Below are positions 9,577 to 22,498 of a DNA stretch of 64,000 nucleotides, one piece after another; the first letter of the stretch is position 1; the number at the start of each line of letters is the position of its first letter. The position numbers and the translations under genes were made by a program. The notes beneath the pieces are model-generated. The model made no database searches. It was not told the DNA's origin and saw only the letters and a list, made by a program, of their open reading frames with translations. The stretch covers positions 248,001-312,000 of the forward strand of contig RSEE01000011.1 in assembly GCA_003971905.1 (NCBI GenBank). Reading direction: 5' to 3'. This DNA comes from Moniliella sp. 'wahieum'. Lineage: Eukaryota.

Positions 9577-11227
9577 GCCCACAGCGAGGACACAAGCAGG
9601 AGCGAGCTGAGCGGTGAGCCGGGGCCGATGGTGGGAGGGAGGAAGGACACCGGGGTGCGGATGGAGGTGGTGGCGGGGGGCGGAAAGGCGAGCAGAAGGG
9701 CGGGTGGAGCATGTGTGGCGTGGGGCTGCTGGCTGCTGGATCGGCATGCCGGTGTTGGCATGGCATATTCGGATGCGGCGTCGGTGACTAGCAGGCTGGG
9801 TGCTGGGGGCTACTGAGCAAGTACTAGGTACTGAGACCGAGCACGCGCTGGCAGCAGCAGAGCGTGGGCGCCGGAACTTGGAGCTTGACACATGACATGT
9901 GACGTGTGGCACAGCAGCGCAGCTGGGCTGGAGAGTCGGCGCACGGGGGCAGTGCGGCCGCTGGAGCGCCGCGCCGAAACGTGTCGATCAGCTACCATAT
10001 GCCATCGATCATCGATCAGTGCAACCCTTTGTAACTGGCGTTCTGGCCCCAGGAGAGTGCGGCGCAGTGCGGCGCTGCGCTGCCCCCCACCCAACGGCAT
10101 GGGCCATGGCTGCCATGCTGCATGCCCTGGCAGCGCACGCCGCACGCAACGCAGCAGCAGCACTCACTAACGTGCAACCCCCGCGCCGCAGAGCGATTTG
10201 AAATTGATCGATGGCCGATGATCATCGATCAGCGCCCAGGCTGAGCTCGTCGCCGTCTTATGCACGGGGGGCCACTGATCGTACTGATCGATGATCCGCC
10301 ATTTGCAAGTGCTGCAGCCAGCGGCTGGCCTAGCAACGCAAGCAAGCCTGCGCGCGAGGGCGAAGCCAGTGGCTAGCAAACTGGAAAGGCCATCGGTACC
10401 ACCGCCCATCCCGTGACCATACATCAGGCCAGCCTCCAGAAGGCCTAAGGGACAGCGGGACAATCGACCATCGATTGAATATTGACCATCCAATCACGGA
10501 TTGTATGGACTACACTGGGGTATGCAGCCATGTACTTGTTGTCGATGTTATCGCTCTTGGAAGATGCCAAAGAGCATCGATCAAATCTGCTCCTGTAGGA
10601 CACGAGTAAGATCCCACAATGTGTGCCCCCCACTATACTGCATCCATACCATTGACAGTAACCACAATCCCATACGCGCCATTGCGGTCCCCACTGAAAC
10701 CGGGAGGCAATGTTGCCTGCTTCATGCTACCCCATCCGCCACCCGCGGCGCAAGCAGCAAGTAGCCACTGGGGGCCCGCCATGCATCTCCCGCCTATGAC
10801 TTCTTGGGCTCATACTACGAACTGTGTGTGGATTCTCAGCATCAGCAGCGTTGTTGCGCTTCCTCTTCTTCCTGCCGTTTTGTTTATGACCATCGATCGA
10901 GATTGTCGGATGAGAGCCCACAGCTAGTTCATTCTGCATCTTTTGCGCGATCCCAGCCGGGCCGTTGTCTCCCACGTATCCCAATGTCGATGCTCCCCAA
11001 CCCATGGCGCATACCGCCCCGATAACCAGCATAACCCTGCTGATGAATCCACTGGTTGCGGAGGTGGGGAAGTACAACACAAGCAGCAACTGAGATCTAC
11101 AATGACGGGCGATACCGGATAATAGTCTTCTCTGCTTACCATACTTTCACTGCCAACTTCCCTACAACCATTTAGCGCCGTTTTTAGAAACACATCATTA
11201 GGTAGGAGTCATAGATCCACGATCCCA

Positions 11228-13027
11228 TCAACGCAAGCCATGAACGAGATAGAAAGAAACGGCGCAGATATTGTGCGCGGAAGGCACACCGAGAGACAGG
11301 GGCAGGATGGTGCGGAAGTCAATACTGGGCGGAGGAATAGAAGCACAATAGCGTTGTATGAAAACAAGTGGTGGTTGCTCTTGGAAACAGGATGGTGCAC
11401 GGCAACGAAAACAACGACACATCGAAACATAAGTGGGTTTCCTACGCGAAAACATGGACCGAGTGGGACTGAGAAGGATAGGCGATCGTCTGTGAGTAGG
11501 ACGGCGGCGCGTGTCATCCTTGGACAGGCAAAGCAACGCTCCTGCCGCCGAGTGATCCATTCCCGGCTCGCCTCCCACCTCGACCAAAGTCGTTTGAGAG
11601 GACCAGCGGCTCGGATGGGAAAAACGGCGTCCAGATTCGGACGCGTCAGATCCCGAGCCTGATCCCGAGCCGGACGCTGATTCCAAGCCCGGAACCGAGC
11701 GGCACCAGCCGAGACCAGTCCTGACGATCTCGAACTTGCGCTCCAGCTGGTCTGCATTGCGTCCCCGGTCATCAACGGGTACGAGGCGAGCACGCTTGCT
11801 CCGCTCTTGCTGGTCGTGCCACTCGGGCATGTCAGGGGAAAGCAGGCTGGGCTCAGAAGCGCGCTTGCGGTCCGTCGGAAGCTCAAAGTGCACCTCGGGA
11901 TCCGGGTATTCAGCCGTGTCGACGTGGATGGGCCATCCGGCGCTGTAGCTGGGCGAGAAACGAGGGTCGTCGTCCACTCGCCGCAAGAGACGGTCCCGCA
12001 AGTCGCGCTTGTGGTAGTAGGAGATGATGTGCAATTTGCGACCCGAGGTGGTGGTCATCGTAAACGACTGCTTAATTAGGCCGTCCACCTTGTATTTGTT
12101 CTGAGTCGGGCAACCCGGTGCTCCCGTGCGACTGGTAGTAACATGAGGTCAGACGGTTCTCAAAAGGGAAAATAAAATGAGGTAGACTTACTGCTTTCGC
12201 ACCACAAGCTCGCGATAGGTAAGGAAGCATCCGTTTACCCGGCTCGCAGACCACATCCGTCCATCCGTCCAGCGGCGGATGCCAGCCTCAGTCTCGTCCC
12301 ACACAAATACATTGCCAGAGCGAACCAGGGCAGCACGCTCCGAATCGAGAAGACGACGGGGAAGGCGGCGAGGGGGGTTGTTGGGCGTGTCGCCAGGCAA
12401 ATCACAAGCAGCAAGGAGCTTCAGCGCTTCCTGGGTAGTACGGATAAGACCGACATAGGTGGGCTGTTGGCGTGCTTGCGCAATTTGCAGCTGCATCTGT
12501 GCCTGAGCCGGTGTAAATGTCTGGGCGGGCGTGGAATAAGAAGGCACAGACTGGGCAGGCGCGTCGGTACGGACGCGGTAGCTGTTGCTTACAGGATCGG
12601 GCAGGTATACGCGCTCACGCTCCGGACGTTGGTGTGCGTAGTACGCTGAGTTGAAGTAGTCATCCGAATGGCTGTGAGAGTGGACGTGCCCATGAGTGTG
12701 AGAATGAGGGTAAGAGGTGGAATCGTCGTATGCGCGAGCGTCATGCGGGAAGGCATACTGCGATTGGTAACTGGAGGGCATCGCAGGAGTCGGTACGACC
12801 GTGCCAACATAGCCTGCCTGGGTTGGCGCTGGGGCCGACATAGGCGAAAGAGACGAAGGACCGTAGCGGGGATAGTGCGGCTCAGGGTTGTCGAGTAGAG
12901 CGTGCTGCTGCGGCTGGGAATCGTATGGCAGAGGCATCATGTGGGAAGGGAAGCGTGGAGAATAGGTGGCCTGTTGCCGGGGATCGCCAAGAGGACGGAA
13001 GCCCATGGAACTCATCGGATGCGCCAT
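11228..13027 (-). CDS. Gti1/Pac2 (WOPR) family transcription factor
   Basis: WOPRa: PTYVGLIRTTQEA...RRLLDSER..VRSGNVFVWDE.EAGIRRWTDGRMWSASRV.GCFLTYRE. WOPRb: DGLIKQSF...LHIISYY. A 60-nt intron at 12132-12191 joins them in frame. C-terminal end approximate. Confidence 0.92.
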
Positions 13028-15298
13028 TGTCGGGAAGGGAGTAGTAAACGTCTAGGAACGGGGCGAGGGTGTGTGTGGGGAGGTGGGGAGGGGGGAGCGG
13101 TGTTGCGATTCGGACGCCGGGGGGGGGGGGGGGGGGGGCTAGAAGTACGCCCTCGTTGGGCGCTGGAGAGATGGTGACTGCAACTGCGGGAGGGGAGGGG
13201 GCAACAGTAGTAGCGGGAGCGAGCCGAAACACTTGCAGCCGAAGTGGGTGGCAGTGAAGGAGGAAGTGGCGGTGGGTGGCGGTGGCGATGGGGATGCCAG
13301 TGGTGGTAGACGGGAAAGAAAGAGGCAGGAGGGGTCGAGATAAGTAGGCCAAGCGTCAAAATAGGGCGTTGCCGCCCAAGCTGCGTCGAGCAGCCCAGCT
13401 GCCCGAGGCTCGAGTGCCTGACGGTGCAGTGCTAGGACCACGGCTGCGCACGGCGCCTGTGTGTGGATACCGACTGTCTGCCGTACGTACCCCATCGATC
13501 GATCGGGTGACGGGGTGACCAATCGGGGCTTGTCCCCGACATCACACGGGCATCACACCCGTGCCATCAATCGGGCTCTCGTGCCCCCCGCGTGCCCCAC
13601 AGATCGCGGCGCCCCCCCGATGTGCCCCAGCTGCTTGGCCAGTGCGCTCGCTTCCAGGCGCTGGCGGCCCTTGCCAAGCTCACACATGCCTCACGCCTAC
13701 TAGGGAAGCTAGGCACTAGGGAGGAGCTGGCGCTTGACAAGTACAGGCTTCTGATAGACGGAGTACTGAGGGTGGTCGGTGTGAAATGTTGTGCCTCTCG
13801 AGGCCCGAGGACTATACAGAGGGGAAACCCACACAGTAAAACACGCTGCGTACCGCGTAACGTGTTACGCTCTTGGGAGCGAGCGGTGGCAGTGACAGCT
13901 GCTGCCCCCGTGAAACTTGGGCAAAAGGCCATCTTGGCCCCGCAGGGTCCAGCGCACTGGTACTGAACTCGGGACTCGACTCAGTATGCTCTCCAGCATA
14001 CCCACACTCGATGCCCGTTATCACATGTGCACGCATCAGCCTAACGCCACCCGGAGGCGACTATAGTGGCTAGTGACTATAACGTGACCAGTAGTCACAG
14101 TTACTAGTAACTCAATAGCCAAGTGACTAGTAACTGGTGGCATACTAGTGACACTATCACCTCATCAATCACGTCGATACATCACCTTGCACCTTCCTTC
14201 GCTTCATTTGAAGTGTCGGTTCAGCGTGTTCAACGCCAGCACGTACTCTCAGGCAGCAGTGGCGCAGCGCCATCCAATGGAACTTCATGGCCGTCAGCCG
14301 GGCAATAAGGAGGCACATAGATGTTGATGGACGCGCGTTCCATGCAGCTTGAAGCTTGAAGCTTGAAGTAAACGGACTAGGTACTGACCAGCGCTCAGGC
14401 TGAGCGCTGACTATAGGCGTAGCTCTCCAAACAGCGTGTGCGCGGCAGGCCCCTATGGAGACACATCTGGGCCATGCATTACGCATCACATGTATGTCAC
14501 ACGGCATCCTCCGACCTTTCAACAGCATTTGACCGGCATCTCCCGTGTGCGCGCCGTCTAGGATGCTTTGTGCTACACACCTTCCGTGAGCGCGAGCGTA
14601 GTTACCTCGGATTCTGAAGTCTTCAGTACCAGTGCTTCGTACTGATTAGTGTACTACTTTTACTCATAACCCCGTCCAAACCGATACAGCTTTTACCAGA
14701 GAATGTGGCCGGTAGCTGGGCAAAAACGACGGAGCTGCGCGCCCTCAACCGAACAAAAGTCATCGAAACCATCGAGCATAGACCATCGATCATCCCGCAG
14801 TCGTCCTCGCAGGGCCCCATCGCCGATGATCTCGATGATCGATTTGGTCGATCTCCACGAGACCAGCCCGCAGAGCGCCTGTCAAAAGCTGCGTCCTATG
14901 ATCGCGTATGCTTTTTGGCCAGCGCTAACTTTGTTCAAGCTACTGAGTGACGACCCGGCTCCGGAGGGAATGACCAGCAGCGTCACCTGTATCGTCTCAT
15001 GATGCGTCGTGCGGGCCATCATGTACATCAGGAAACAAGCGACAGGCAGCGCACCTGCGCCGCTGGCTATCCCAGGCTACCGGTTGTGGGCGATGGAATA
15101 TTGTGTGCTCGATCGCGATCGATCGATTCCAAGTCACTCGCATTATCAAACGAAGCGGGGAGTAAGACCAAGCAGCAGCGGGCAAGCGGGATGCAATTTG
15201 CAAGGTGCCTGCAGGAGAAATTTCATATTTCACTGGTTAGGTTTAGTCCAGTCATTTAATTCGGCGCAATATTTGCCGCAGTATATTGCCGAACCCAC

Positions 15299-15309
15299 AA
15301 ACCCTAGGG
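15299..15309 (+). promoter_or_regulatory. AAACCCTAGGG telo-box-like motif upstream of RPL33
   Basis: About 80 nt upstream of the ATG; the same core also lies in the RPL6/MRT4 promoter. Confidence 0.4.
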
Positions 15310-15389
15310 CCGCGGTCGCTCCCTAGCGTCGATGGCTGGACGGCCGTCGTGCCCTCGGGACAGCTGTTCACTAACCACCAAACTCCTAA

Positions 15390-15759
15390 ATGTCGCGCCT
15401 GTACGCCAAGGGCCGCATCCAGGGTCACCAGCGCTCCAAGCACGTGAGCCACCCTCACACGTCGCTAATCCAGATCGACGGCGTGGCCAACCAGGCGGAC
15501 GCCAAGTTCTACCTCGGCAAGCGTGTGGCCTACGTCTACAAGGGCACCAAGGAGATTCGTGGCACTAAGGTCCGTGTTATCTGGGGCCGCGTGACTCGCC
15601 CGCACGGTAACTCGGGTGTGGTGCGCGCCAAGTTCGCCACCAACATCCCCCCTGCGGCTTTCGGCAAGAGCGTTCGCATCATGCTTTACCCCTCGAACAG
15701 TGCGTCGTTCTTCCAATGCTGGTCATGCCGGACAAGGACTAACCCCTCTGGCAGTCTAA
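15390..15759 (+). CDS. RPL33: 60S ribosomal protein eL33 (L35a)
   Basis: RLYAKG...[11 protein letters not shown]...[38 protein letters not shown]. Intron 15700-15754 gives the terminal I*. Confidence 0.97.
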
Positions 15760-16036
15760 ACATGAAATGTACACTCTGTGGCTGGGTACTAAGCCACGCC
15801 CAAAATCCAAGTCCATGCGCGAGTCCAGCCTCGCATTGCCGAAACCCCGGGCTCTTGTCGGGGGTGCATGGCTCGCGCTTCTGCACCTTGCTATGGCATG
15901 CTTTTGGCCCTGGTTTACAACTGGGCCGCCAACGAGCTTTAACTTGGTTACCAGAACAGTAGGCCAGGAGAGGGACCGTAGTGCAAGGGAAGGCAAACCA
16001 GCTGGACGAGCGAGGCAACACATGACAACCATTATG

Positions 16037-16887
16037 TCACTTGCGCAGGGAGCGTCCGTGTTTGCCACCAAGACATGATCTGACTTCGCAATTGCCCCAC
16101 CTGCGAGGATATCGAGCCCGACTGCCCCCCTGCTCGCCAGAGGTCTCGTCGGTATTCCTCCGGTCCGTAGAACGCCGGGTCCAACTCAGTCTGGGGATGC
16201 GAAAGACAGCAATAGGACGGGTGAGGGAACTGGCAACCCCTTCTGCCTCGTCGGGCGAGACGTCAATCGTGGCATCTGCTCCAGGTGTGACGGAGCGAAC
16301 CATGCCGTCGGTCAGGGTGACGAGAAGTAATTGTAGTGTGGCGATGATCAGATCAATGAAGATGAGGTGGAGCTTGCCGAAACGGTGGTCTGGAGAACGG
16401 GTCAGTATTTGGGCGTTCCCTCGCTGAACGGGGGCATACCTTTCCCCAGAAAGTCGACCCATAGGGCCTCACGGTCAACACGACCCAAGTCCCGCCATGC
16501 ATGACACAGGATGCACAGAAGGGCGGTCCAGTAGACCGTCAAATGCGTTGGGCGGAAACGGGACTTGGTGCGCGAAGGGCTTGGAGTGGCTGATAAGGCC
16601 GGGAAGGTTAGCGTACGCAATTACGTGTGGGGAACCAAAATCATACTCATTTGCTGAATGGACAGGGTCAGCGTCAAAAAGGGAGGGACGAAGGCGGACT
16701 TACAAATTGAGCTCCAAATCTGAGAAGAAGCAACCAGGTATTGCTGTCCACGAGCCACTCGTAAACGAAGACGATGCAGATCACATAATCGAGCTGACAG
16801 AGGCGTAAGTGGTGTGCATTGCTGCCAAAACATACGGGAGGCACATACCGTCTGGACGGCCTCAGACCGCTCACGCTCCATACCCAT
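16037..16887 (-). CDS. DUF1746 / Dsc4-like subunit of the DSC E3 ligase complex
   Basis: LDYVI...YEWLVDSNTWLLLLRFGAQF, CILCHAW...LWVDFLG, KLHLIFIDLIIATLQLLLV. Three probable introns with GTATGT/GTAAGT/GTATGC donors; ends approximate. Confidence 0.7.
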
Positions 16888-17188
16888 GACAGAAGGTAAT
16901 GATGGTGATGGGGGTGGTAGGTGGATATTGGTGCGGTGGCGGCGGTTGTCGGGAAACTACTGCTGCGCCGACGATGCGAAGTGGGGCTGATTGGCGATGC
17001 GGTGGTGACGGCAATCGAAATAATGCTCCTGGGACTGCCAGATTCGGTTCAATTAGGATCCGCGGGAGTTCGGAACGCGACGCGCGAGCGAGGAAGTGAA
17101 ATTTCAGGGCCCACGCCTTGTCCGCCTGTGCGACGCGCCAGGACATCGGCTGGTTGGCACGCAGCCAGATCGCAGCAGCCAACCACCA

Positions 17189-18723
17189 ATGCCGCCGTCT
17201 GCAGCTGCGCCCAAGCCTACACCCTTCTTCCCCCCGCCATTACGCCTACCATGCGCGTCCGATTCGTCGCTGGTGCAGCAGCCACGTAAGCGGCCCCGCT
17301 TCTGCTTCACTTCCGACCTTACCTATGGGCGGGATTATGTCTTTCCTCGTTACAACCCGGACGGGAGCGAGAATGTGGACTGGATGCGTATGCAGAGCAT
17401 GCTTGCTCTCAAGGCCAAATGGGACGGCATTTGTGACAAATTCAAAGATGCACACTTGCTCCCTCAAGACGAGCTTTATCTTGGGAAGGGACCAAACGGC
17501 GTGCAGCTGCTCAAGGACCGCGGACACCTACGTGCCATCCGCCAGGCTGTCCCTTTTGGCTATTTTATTTCCCTGAATGAGCAGCAAGAGGCGCAGAAAG
17601 CGCGCGATGAAGACGATCTCGATGCTTGGGCCGGTGAGATTCCCATGCCACTTCCCTCTTCAATGGACCAGGGACCCGACCTGGAGGAATTTCTTGCTGC
17701 TGAGCGCCGTCGTAAGGCCATCCTTGGGCTTGAAAGCGACGAAGAGGAGAATGAGGATGAGGGCGAGGACGTCGTTGATTTTTCCAATCCAAGATGGGGG
17801 GAGCAGTTGGAGGAGCACGAAGAGCATGACCTTTTTGATGGACACGACAGATCATCCTCACCCACCAAACGACCTCGACTCCCCTGAACCTTGGAGCAAT
17901 GCTTCTCATGTCGGGGATGAAGGAGAGGAAGAGGACGATGACCCGCTTCGTCTCTCTACCCCCACAGGGGAATTCGATTCGGAGACTGAAGCGGACGAGC
18001 TGGATGTCCTTCCAGACACGACGCCCATTCCCGATCTGAGTTCAATTGGCTTGACGATGCTCGAATCGCTAATCCGCAAAGAAAACGCGCGCCTTGCTCC
18101 GCGTGGATACATGCTGGCTGAGGATGAAGACGTGCACGACCTGGCAGTCGCCTTAGCTTCGGGCTCCCACCGAAGCACATCAGTCGTATCAGATCTGTCG
18201 ATCCATGAGCCTGCGTCGGACGCAACTCTCGTCGAGGCGTCCCCTGGTCGGCTCGCTCTGAGAGTACACGTATCGATTCCTCTCCTGCCCGCAGCCTGCT
18301 ATCCCCACCACCTCCTTCCTCTCCACCTCCATGCGGACGGCCGAGAAGCATATGCTGCCGCCTCTGGTGGGAACTCCTTCAGCTGGTCGGCGCGGAAATA
18401 AGTCATCACGACGCCCTTGCCCAACGCAGGAACCACCTACCGGCTCTACTCCAACCCCAACTCGAACTCCGACTCCTGCGCTCCGGCCCACCCCTCGGCG
18501 CTCTTCAATGGCGCATTCTACACCAATCCACCCCGCGCCCACTACTTCCGCACCATCGAAATCATTGCCCACCAAAGTCTCACGGAGGAGCTCGACCACT
18601 CCCTCCAAGCGCGGTCGCGCGTCGCTGGGGAGTGCACCTGCTGAGCCGCTCGTCGCCCCTGCAGCATGTGGTGGTCCAGGCGTGTGCAAGAAAACGTTTT
18701 GCTTTTCCTGTGGCAATCACTAG
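17189..18723 (+). CDS. SCM3: Centromere CENP-A chaperone Scm3-like protein
   Basis: RMQSMLALKAKWDGICDKF...DELYL....LLKDRGHL (Scm3 domain), an acidic middle region and a C-terminal CGGPGVCKKTFCFSC motif. At least two frameshifts. Confidence 0.8.
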
Positions 18724-19117
18724 GTCAATGATACTTATATACATGCCTGCTCCGATGCCAGCCATTCATAAGGACCAGTCGGTGATAGCTTCGTGCAACG
18801 CAACGACCTCTCGGACAGAGGTAGGTAAATAGCCATCTGTGCCCATCAAAGCCAAATATGAAATCCAGCCAGATAGCCCAGGCCAGATCTCTGATGCTAA
18901 CACGATGCACCAATGGCCATGGGCGGAATGGCGGAAAGAAATGAGAGCTAGTAAATGGAATGGGTGTTCACGGGGAGCTGTCCAGGTGAGCATGTTGGAC
19001 CTCGACCATGCCCGACCCTCCGCCTCAGACGTCCGGGATTGCGTCAACGGCGCCACTCAACCCCCTTCCGGCTGGGTCGTCTGAAGGACTTTCCTATGTC
19101 GGAGTGGTGGGGCAAGC

Positions 19118-19862
19118 ATGGATGCTGCGCCCGGGACAGAACGGCAACTGGCCGCTGGAGATCCACGACTAGCAAGACGTGCCATGGGGTCGTCCAGCAG
19201 CTCCCCCCCCGGTACCGCCCCCCCCAGCAACGGATGTAACCCGACCCTTGTTCTGTGTCGTGTGCGCCTCGAATCAGAACCGCTCCATGGAGGCGCACAA
19301 TGTTTTTCCCATGCAGGGATGCACGTTATTAGTGGGGGCACGGGCACCATGGTCCGTCTCCCTGGTCCATCGCCGACCAACCCAACAGTTACGCGTTCGG
19401 CACACCCTACGAAACCATCTACCAGGACTTGCTGCACAAGGACCCGCAACTATATACCGCCAATGGTCTTCTCGCTATGCTTGACCGCAATCGGCGCGTA
19501 AAGCGCGCCCCGCAGCAGTGGCGGGACCTCAAACAGACGGCCGACGTGGTTATTACTTGCGAGGAGCATTGTTTCGACTCAGTTTGCGAAGGTATGTGGT
19601 TCCCGAAGCGGACATCTACACGTTACTAACTGTTTTTCTAGACCTTTTGGCGCGCGATGGTGAGCTCAACCGCGCAGTTCATGTTATCAATGTCGAAATT
19701 CGGGATAGCCATCAAGACGCGCTCACGGGCGGACGAGTTATCCTCGAGCTCGCCCAGGCAATTGAAGCATCTCCTGATTTGGACCAGGACATTGATCGCA
19801 TCCTGACTGAAGTGTCTTCCAACCATCCGCATGTTTTACTTCACAACGTACTGTGGTACTAG
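19118..19862 (+). CDS. SSU72: RNA polymerase II CTD phosphatase Ssu72
   Basis: [62 protein letters not shown]. Intron 19592-19641; frameshifts; start uncertain. Confidence 0.95.
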
Positions 19863-20180
19863 GCGCTCTACATACCAAACTCGGTCGTACATACTGTCGC
19901 AATAAAAGGCTAGGCGCAAGCGTGAGCATGTGCAGGGCATAGCATGGAACATAGGTTTTAGGTTTTAACCCTTCATGCCAGCTACTGCTGAGTAGGAGTC
20001 TAGGCCGCAGGAGGGGCACAGGGTAATGTGGAGGCTAAGGTGGCAGAACAAGGAGATAGATTGTCAACTAAGGTGTTCGCCTGCCTCTTTTGCCCCCGGC
20101 TCGTCCAAATAACCCTCGACTCAGGAGTTCAGACAGGTCAGGGCTGCTGTTGCACAAGAACAAACGACGCACTCAGCCGC

Positions 20181-20769
20181 TTAGAACTTCATCGCGTGAG
20201 GCTTGTCCGAGTTGCTGAGCGAGAAGGTGGTAGCCAGGTACTTGACGTGGGTGGGGCCAGCCTTCTTAACAGCAGCAATCACAGCCTGGTCAATGGCCTT
20301 CTGGTCGGTAACCTTGGCAGCGGGGAGGGAGCCTTGTTGGCCGGGTCAGGAGAAGGCCTGCTCGGGCTTGGGGCCACGGGTCTTCTCCTGGGCGAAGTAA
20401 GCGTCCGTCACATTCTCGGCACCTTAACGTCGCTCACATCGATCTTAGTCGAGGTAGCGATAACGTAGGCCTGGTTGACGCGGCGGAGGGGAACACCGTT
20501 CACCTTGAAGGGGCCCGTGACCAGCAAAAGACCAACTCGAGCTGCTTGAGGAAGACCACACGCTTGCCGGCGAAGCGGCAGCAGAGGATGAGCACTGTGC
20601 CGGGCGTGATGCTGGCGCGCAGCTTCGAGGGCTTGTTGATCTTGCGCGTCTGCTTGGGCTTGGGGGCGTCCACAGCCGGGTAGTACTTGTGGGCCCGCTG
20701 GGCTGGCAGCGTACGGGTGGCCTTGCCGAACGGCTTGCTCTTAGTAGCACCAGCGTTGACAGCAGCCAT
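20181..20769 (-). CDS. RPL6: 60S ribosomal protein eL6
   Basis: [60 protein letters not shown]...DKPHAMKF*. Frameshifts. Confidence 0.96.
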
Positions 20770-21292
20770 TTTTGTCTGTGGGGTGTGGAAGTTAGTTCGG
20801 AAGCGTGAATGGGTACCAGCGCGTTCGAAGAGAGGCAACGGCGGGGAAACGTACGAGTTGAGCCTTGGTGGTCTTGCGGGTGGGGAGGACGGCGAAGAGA
20901 TGGCCAGGGATGCTGACCGTAGAACCCAGCCTACAGGCGTGAAGCTAGGGTTATCGAGTCGATAATGTAGCCGGATGAATGGGTGGGACACTGGTATTTG
21001 CGTTGGACTCGACGAATTGCGCCGCAGCATTGCCCCTAGGGTTACCGACACGTGACCAGCCATTATCGATTCACCGCTCATCTCAGCGTCCCATGGCTGA
21101 GCGGCCGAGTTGAGCGCGCCATTGGTTGTGATTGGTGTGATCAATGATCATCATCGACCGCTGGCTGGCGAGCGAATTCCGCGCGCGCATTCCGCCGCAT
21201 ATTTTTCTTTTGCCCAAGGCCAGCAGCTAGACCTTACCTTGGTGCTTGGCGGCTTCGGCTGCTCCCCCCCCACCACCTTTAATCTCTTCGCC

Positions 21293-22228
21293 ATGCCGCG
21301 CGCACGCCGGAACAAAGTTGTCTCGCTGACGCAAATCAACAAGAAGACTAAAGCCGACAAGGAGTCCTTCGCCGATACAGTTCGCGAGACTGCTAACAAG
21401 TTCACCTATGCCTGGCTCTTCTCGATTGGCAACATGCGCAACGCCTACATCAAGGACGTGCGCCAACTCTGGGAGGGGAGCCGCATTTTCTTTGGAAAGA
21501 GCGGTGTCATTCGCTTTGCTCTTGGTACTGAGGAGCAAAATGAGCTCCGACCAGGTATCTCTGCTCTGTCCAACGTACGTATCTGCTCCCCTGCGATTAC
21601 GGACATCCTAACCTAAACCTGTCCCACAGCGTCTATCCGGTCAAGTAGGCATTCTCTTTACCGACTCTCCCCCTGAAGAAGTGCAAGATTGGTTCGAGAC
21701 CTACTCTCGTCGCGACTTTGCGCGCGCGGGCAACATTGCGACTGAACTGTCATCCTTCCCAAGGGGCCCGTGCAAATGCGCACCTCACCGCCTGAAAACC
21801 TGCCGCACCCCATCGAGCCCCAACTGAGGCAGTTGGGTATGCCCACTGAACTGCAGAGGGGTGTCCCTACTCTCCTTCGGGACTTCACCGTCTGCAAAAA
21901 GGGTGAGAAGCTGACCAAGGAGGCGGCCCAGATCCTGAAGCTTCTCCTCATCCAACAAGCGGTTCCGTGTTGTGCCGCTTGCCTACTGGAGCGCCGTTGC
22001 TCGCGATGACAAGCCAGAGGGTGCATTCACTGAGCTCGAGCTCACCCTGATCAAAAGCCGTGATTGAACAAAGCGGAGCGGATCTTACTGTAGTTGGTCA
22101 AATCGCAACAAAACCGATGGTTCTAAGGCTGCCCGGGCCAAAGATGAGAGCGACGACGATGAGGACATCGACATTGATGATGGCGACCAGGTTACGGACG
22201 GGATGATGCTCCCTGCTCACCTTGCTAA
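21293..22228 (+). CDS. MRT4: Ribosome assembly factor Mrt4
   Basis: MPRARRNKVVSLTQ..KK, NMRN..IKDVR..W.GSRIFFGK, DFARAGN.AT, EPQLRQLGMPTEL.RG, VCKKGEKLT. Intron 21575-21629; 3' end approximate because of frameshifts. Confidence 0.93.
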
Positions 22229-22498
22229 TATGTTCTTCGTCCATGCTCTATTTGCTTGCATTTCGCCACCACCACCCATTTCCTCGAATGTACTACTACC
22301 TACTGGCATCTGACTCGAGTTGATGGGCTGGGCTATCCCTCAAATATGGAGACCACGGTTGAGTAGGCACCAAAAGCGGTAACGCGGAAAAAAGTGACAG
22401 TCGAGATGTGTACAGCGAGTGAATGCAGGCGCAATTAGGTACGAAGGTTTAGAGAGTCAAGATACGAGAAAGAGGGGAGAGAGGAGAGTGACTTGGAG

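Noticed and set aside
13119..13138. Poly-G run / G-quadruplex upstream of the WOPR gene
   Set aside because: Simple homopolymer in a C-rich 5' leader; length unreliable in this assembly.
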